NCBI GenBank assembly: GCA_963742405.1
Contig: CAVUMB010000010.1
Coordinates: 80,957-144,956 of the forward strand
Length of the DNA: 64,000 nucleotides
Reading direction: 5' to 3'
Source: an uncultured Alphaproteobacteria bacterium
GTDB lineage: Bacteria > Pseudomonadota > Alphaproteobacteria > Rhizobiales > Hyphomicrobiaceae
The notes under the pieces: generated by a model
Told to the model about the DNA's origin: nothing
The model's database searches: none
The model's input: the letters and a program-made list of their open reading frames with translations, nothing else
Part shown: piece by piece, positions 59,494 to 64,000 of the stretch
How positions within the stretch are numbered: the stretch's first letter is position 1
Layout: every line of letters starts with the position of its first letter
Translations under genes and position numbers: made by a program

Positions 59494-59802
59494 CTAGAGC
59501 TTTATCTCGACGTCCACGCCGGCGGCGAGATCGAGTTTCATCAACGCGTCGACCGTTTGAGGGGTCGGATCCACGATGTCGAGAAGCCGCTTATGGGTGC
59601 GAATCTCGAACTGTTCGCGGCTCTTCTTGTCGATGTGCGGCGAGCGGTTGACGGTGAAACGCTCGATGCGCGTCGGCAACGGGATCGGACCCCGGACTTC
59701 GGCACCTGTGCGCTTCGCCGTGTTCACGATCTCACGCGTCGACGCATCAAGTATGCGATGGTCGAACGCCTTGAGCCGGATTCGAATGTTTTGGCCGTTC
59801 AT
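59494..59802 (-). CDS. rpsJ: 30S ribosomal protein S10
   Basis: [26 protein letters not shown]... Confidence 0.97.
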   Translation of the reverse strand: MNGQNIRIRLKAFDHRILDASTREIVNTAKRTGAEVRGPIPLPTRIERFTVNRSPHIDKKSREQFEIRTHKRLLDIVDPTPQTVDALMKLDLAAGVDVEIKL

Positions 59803-59869
59803 GATTGAGACCTACTAATAGGTGAAAGCGCTAAAGACTTCGAATAGCGCTGCCGCCAACCCCTCTTGA

Positions 59870-61078
59870 TTACTCGACGATCTTCGTCACGACGCCGGCG
59901 CCGACGGTGCGGCCGCCTTCGCGGATGGCGAAGCGAACTTTTTCTTCCATGGCAATCGGAGACACCAGTTCCACGTCCATCGACACGTTGTCGCCCGGCA
60001 TCACCATTTCCGTGCCTTCCGGCAGCGTCACCACACCCGTCACGTCCGTCGTGCGGAAGTAAAACTGCGGGCGATAGTTCGTGAAGAACGGCGTGTGACG
60101 GCCGCCCTCGTCCTTCGTCAGAATGTAGGCTTCCGCCTTGAACTTCTTGTGCGGCTTCACCGAGCCCGGCTTGGCCAGAACCTGGCCGCGCTCAACCGCT
60201 TCCTTGTCAATGCCGCGCAACAGGCAGCCGACGTTGTCGCCAGCTTCTCCGCTGTCGAGCAGCTTGCGGAACATTTCCACGCCCGTCACGACCGACTTCT
60301 GCGTATCGCGCAGGCCCACGATCTCGACTTCCTCGCCGACCTTGATCACCCCGCGCTCAATGCGGCCCGTCACCACCGTGCCGCGACCCGAGATCGAGAA
60401 AACGTCTTCGATCGGCATCAGGAACGGCTGATCCTTCGGACGGTCCGGCAGAGGAATGTAGGTATCCAGAGCCTCATAAAGCTTCAGGATCGCTTCGTCC
60501 GCCAGCGGACCCTTCTCACCGTTCAGCGCCTTGATCGCAGCGCCCCGGATGATCGGCGTGTCGTCGCCCGGAAACTGGTACTTCGACAGAAGCTCGCGCA
60601 CTTCCATCTCAACCAGGTCCAGAAGCTCTTCGTCTTCGACCACATCGCACTTGTTCAAGAACACCACGATGTAGGGCACGCCGACCTGGCGGGCGAGCAG
60701 GATGTGCTCGCGCGTCTGCGGCATCGGACCGTCAACCGCCGACACGACCAGGATCGCTCCGTCCATCTGAGCCGCACCCGTGATCATGTTCTTCACGTAG
60801 TCGGCGTGGCCCGGGCAGTCGACGTGCGCATAGTGCCGGTTCGGCGTCGCGTATTCCACATGCGACGTCGCAATCGTCAGGATCTTCGTCGGATCGCGAC
60901 GGCCCTGGCTTTCCGAAGCCTTCGCAACTTCGTCATACGCAATCGACGTCGCCGTCCAGCCCCGGTCCGCAGAAACCTTCGTCAAAGCCGCCGTCAACGT
61001 CGTCTTGCCGTGGTCAACGTGCCCAATCGTGCCTACGTTGCAATGCGGCTTGTTACGTTCGAATTTTGCCTTCGCCAT
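59870..61078 (-). CDS. tuf: elongation factor Tu (atypical switch-I region)
   Basis: 402-aa ORF: [31 protein letters not shown]...[31 protein letters not shown]...NKCD. Domains 2/3 are canonical. Residues ~31-72 diverge and are 6 aa longer than the usual sequence. Confidence 0.95.
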   Translation of the reverse strand: MAKAKFERNKPHCNVGTIGHVDHGKTTLTAALTKVSADRGWTATSIAYDEVAKASESQGRRDPTKILTIATSHVEYATPNRHYAHVDCPGHADYVKNMITGAAQMDGAILVVSAVDGPMPQTREHILLARQVGVPYIVVFLNKCDVVEDEELLDLVEMEVRELLSKYQFPGDDTPIIRGAAIKALNGEKGPLADEAILKLYEALDTYIPLPDRPKDQPFLMPIEDVFSISGRGTVVTGRIERGVIKVGEEVEIVGLRDTQKSVVTGVEMFRKLLDSGEAGDNVGCLLRGIDKEAVERGQVLAKPGSVKPHKKFKAEAYILTKDEGGRHTPFFTNYRPQFYFRTTDVTGVVTLPEGTEMVMPGDNVSMDVELVSPIAMEEKVRFAIREGGRTVGAGVVTKIVE

Positions 61079-61202
61079 CGTCGGCTCTCCACTTCAGTTG
61101 TCGTTCTGGGGCTCACGTGCCCCGATGATCTCGATCCATTCAACCTCGGTGCCGGTCTCAGGCTCCGGCGTCGAAGTGGGGCTCTCCAACCCCTTAGTTC
61201 GT

Positions 61203-63293
61203 TCAGGCGTACTTCGCCTTGACTTCTTCGGCCACGTTGCGCGGCACGTCGGCATAGTGGGCGAACTGCATCGTGTAGGATGCGCGCCCCGTCGACATCG
61301 AGCGCAGCTGACTGACATACCCGAACATGTTGGCCAGTGGCACGAATGCGCGAATGACAGTGGCGTTACCACGCATCTGCTGATCGCGGATTTGGCCACG
61401 CCGACCATTGATGTCGCCGATAATGCCACCGACGAAATCAGCCGGCGTCACGACCTCCACGTCCATAATCGGCTCGAGAATCTTGATGCCGCCCTTCTCG
61501 CAACCTTCCTTCATGGCCGCGCGGGTCGCAATTTCGAAGGCGATCGCCGACGAGTCCACTTCATGGAAGGCGCCGTCGTAAAGGGTGACCTTGGTGTCGA
61601 CAATCGGGAAGCCGATCAGCACACCATTTCCCCAAACCGAGGCAACACCCTTTTCGACGCCGGGAATGTATTCCTTCGGTACGGTACCGCCGACGATCTC
61701 GGTCTCGAACTCGTTGCCCTTGCCGGTTTCGTTCGGCTCGAGGCGCAGCTTGACGCGGGCAAACTGGCCCGTACCGCCCGACTGCTTCTTGTGCGTGTAA
61801 TCGATATCGGCGCTGCGCGCGAGCGTCTCGCGGTATGCGACCTGCGGCTGGCCGACATCGGCCTCGACGCCGTAGGTCCGCTTCAGGATGTCGACCTTAA
61901 TGTCGAGATGAAGTTCGCCCATGCCCTTCAGAATGGTTTCGCCCGACTCCTGGTCGACGGAGACGCGGAACGAAGGGTCCTCGATCGCCATCGTGTTCAG
62001 GGCGATCGCCATCTTTTCCTGGTCGGCCTTGGTCTTGGGCACAATCGAGAGATTGATGACGGGTTCGGGGAAATCCATCTTCTCAAGAATGACGGGCTTG
62101 GCCGGATCGCACAGCGTTTCGCCCGTGCGCACATCCTTCATGCCCTGCAAGGCGACGATGTCGCCCGCGAACGCTTCCTTGATTTCTTCGCGATCGGCGG
62201 CGTGCATGAGGTACATGCGGCCAGCACGCTCTTTCTTGTCACGTGACGTGTTGGCCAACGCCATTCCCTGCTCGAGCTTGCCCGAGTAGATGCGGCAGAA
62301 CGTGATTGAACCGACGTGCTCAAAGCTCATGATCTTGAACGCGATCATGGCGAGAGGATCTTCATCCACCGGCCGGCGCGGCAACTCGTTGCCGGTCTTG
62401 GGATCAATGCCGCTGTATGCTTCGCGATCCGAAGGTGCGGGGAGGAAATCGACTACAGCGTCGAGCAGAAGCTGGACGCCCTTGTTCTTGAAGGCCGAGC
62501 CGCACATCATCGGATAGAACGTGCGCGTGATCGTCGCTTTTCGGATGAGCCGGCGGATCGTGGCTTCGTCGGGCTCGACGCCATCGAGGTAGGTTTCCAT
62601 GACCGAGTCGTCCATCTCGACGGCGGCTTCGATCATGGCGGCGCGGAATTCAATCGCCTTGTCGAGGAGATCAGCGGGAATCTCACTCTTGATCATCTTG
62701 GAATCTTTGCCGTCACCGTCCCAGGTGATGGCCTTCATTTCGATGAGATCGACAACGCCTTTAAAATCGCTCTCGGCGCCGATCGGAATCTGCAGCGGAA
62801 CCGCGCGGGCGCCAAGCTTGTCCTTGATGTCGGCCAGGCACATGAAAAAGTCAGCGCCGGTCTTGTCCATCTTGTTGGAGAAGATAATGCGCGGAACATT
62901 GTACTTGTCGCCCTGGCGCCAGACGGTCTCCGTCTGCGGTTCGACGCCTTGATTGCTGTCGAGAACACACACCGCGCCATCCAGTACGCGCAGCGACCGC
63001 TCGACTTCGATGGTGAAGTCGACGTGGCCGGGCGTGTCGATGATGTTCAGGCGGCGCTTGCGGCCGTCGCGGCCGGGCCAGAAACAGGTCGTGGCCGCGG
63101 ACGTGATCGTGATCCCGCGCTCTGCTTCCTGCTCCATGAAGTCCATCGTCGCGGCGCCGTCATGGACTTCGCCGATCTTGTAGGACTTGCCGGTGTAATA
63201 GAGGATCCGCTCGGTCGTGGTTGTCTTTCCAGCATCAATATGAGCCATGATGCCGAAGTTGCGGTAGTCCTCGATCGCGTATTGACGGGCCAT
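61203..63293 (-). CDS. fusA: elongation factor G
   Basis: 696-aa ORF: ...[24 protein letters not shown]...[11 protein letters not shown]...[10 protein letters not shown]... Confidence 0.97.
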   Translation of the reverse strand: MARQYAIEDYRNFGIMAHIDAGKTTTTERILYYTGKSYKIGEVHDGAATMDFMEQEAERGITITSAATTCFWPGRDGRKRRLNIIDTPGHVDFTIEVERSLRVLDGAVCVLDSNQGVEPQTETVWRQGDKYNVPRIIFSNKMDKTGADFFMCLADIKDKLGARAVPLQIPIGAESDFKGVVDLIEMKAITWDGDGKDSKMIKSEIPADLLDKAIEFRAAMIEAAVEMDDSVMETYLDGVEPDEATIRRLIRKATITRTFYPMMCGSAFKNKGVQLLLDAVVDFLPAPSDREAYSGIDPKTGNELPRRPVDEDPLAMIAFKIMSFEHVGSITFCRIYSGKLEQGMALANTSRDKKERAGRMYLMHAADREEIKEAFAGDIVALQGMKDVRTGETLCDPAKPVILEKMDFPEPVINLSIVPKTKADQEKMAIALNTMAIEDPSFRVSVDQESGETILKGMGELHLDIKVDILKRTYGVEADVGQPQVAYRETLARSADIDYTHKKQSGGTGQFARVKLRLEPNETGKGNEFETEIVGGTVPKEYIPGVEKGVASVWGNGVLIGFPIVDTKVTLYDGAFHEVDSSAIAFEIATRAAMKEGCEKGGIKILEPIMDVEVVTPADFVGGIIGDINGRRGQIRDQQMRGNATVIRAFVPLANMFGYVSQLRSMSTGRASYTMQFAHYADVPRNVAEEVKAKYA

Positions 63294-63326
63294 GATGGTC
63301 CTCGAAATCTCAAAAGTCGAACGGCC

Positions 63327-63798
<472 letters not shown>

Positions 63799-63823
63799 AG
63801 CTGTCTTCCCTTAATTCGAACGA

Positions 63824-64000
63824 TCACTTCGGACGCTTGGCGCCGTACTTCGAACGGCGCTGGCGACGGGCGGAAACGCCCTGGGTATCGAGCACACCGC
63901 GCAGGATGTGATAGCGCACGCCCGGCAAATCCTTGACGCGACCGCCGCGGATGAGCACCACGGAGTGCTCCTGCAGGTTATGGCCTTCGCCCGGGATGTA
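63824..64000 (-). CDS. rpsL: 30S ribosomal protein S12 (C-terminal 58 codons; gene runs off the window end)
   Basis: Own translation: [58 protein letters not shown], stop TGA at 63824-26. Confidence 0.95.
   Translation of the reverse strand, partial: YIPGEGHNLQEHSVVLIRGGRVKDLPGVRYHILRGVLDTQGVSARRQRRSKYGAKRPK

Noticed and set aside
60863-60988. The EF-Tu switch-I divergence being an artefact of two compensating indels.
   Set aside because: The other two frames across the divergent stretch give [13 protein letters not shown]...[11 protein letters not shown] and [14 protein letters not shown]. Neither restores the canonical KAPEEKARGITI sequence.

Overview
High-GC chromosomal segment (GC not computed) with gene content and order typical of an alphaproteobacterium, Hyphomicrobiales/Rhizobiales-like. 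All family calls come from reading the translations. No database search was run.

Layout:
- 44.9-64.0 kb, all on the minus strand, is the str-S10-spc-alpha ribosomal super-operon: rpsL (partial)-rpsG-fusA-tuf-rpsJ-rplC-rplD-rplW-rplB-rpsS-rplV-rpsC-rplP-rpmC-rpsQ-rplN-rplX-rplE-rpsN-rpsH-rplF-rplR-rpsE-rpmD-rplO-secY-adk-rpsM-rpsK-rpoA-rplQ.
- 0-44.8 kb is housekeeping and metabolism: M17 peptidase, mgtE, two NodB deacetylases, tRNA-Leu(GAG), lipB, LysR, pccA, clpS-clpA, phasin, DD-carboxypeptidase-SPOR, putA, panC, a nucleoside transporter, psiE, pccB, ATP12, HAD, a pseudouridine synthase, crcB, rarA and a Do-type protease. Small exported or membrane proteins of unknown function are interspersed.
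- I saw no rRNA, CRISPR array, transposase, integrase or phage genes.

Most notable observations:
1. An orphan Tae4-family peptidoglycan amidase (a T6SS effector family) sits between rarA and crcB, followed by a small two-TM ORF. No T6SS genes are in the window. An orphan SUKH/SMI1 immunity-type gene lies about 6 kb away.
2. EF-Tu carries a 5-6 residue insertion and rewrite of the normally invariant switch-I segment (EEKARGITI). uL2 has an altered DHPHGGGEG motif.
3. Six genes are broken by single-base indels: a GST, putA, pccB, adk, rpsC and rpsG. Each locus is 3n+1 nt long. Because three of them are essential, consensus sequencing errors are the likeliest cause.
4. A 23-codon Lys/Ala-rich micro-ORF sits ahead of an SD-less exported protein, divergent from a LysR gene with a palindromic T-N11-A box.
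5. Two translationally coupled single-TM mini-proteins are inserted in the pseudouridine synthase-HAD-ATP12 operon.
6. A perfect 12-bp inverted repeat can sequester the pccB Shine-Dalgarno.

I cannot point to one clear-cut new multi-gene system. The Tae4 plus small-ORF pair is the best candidate.
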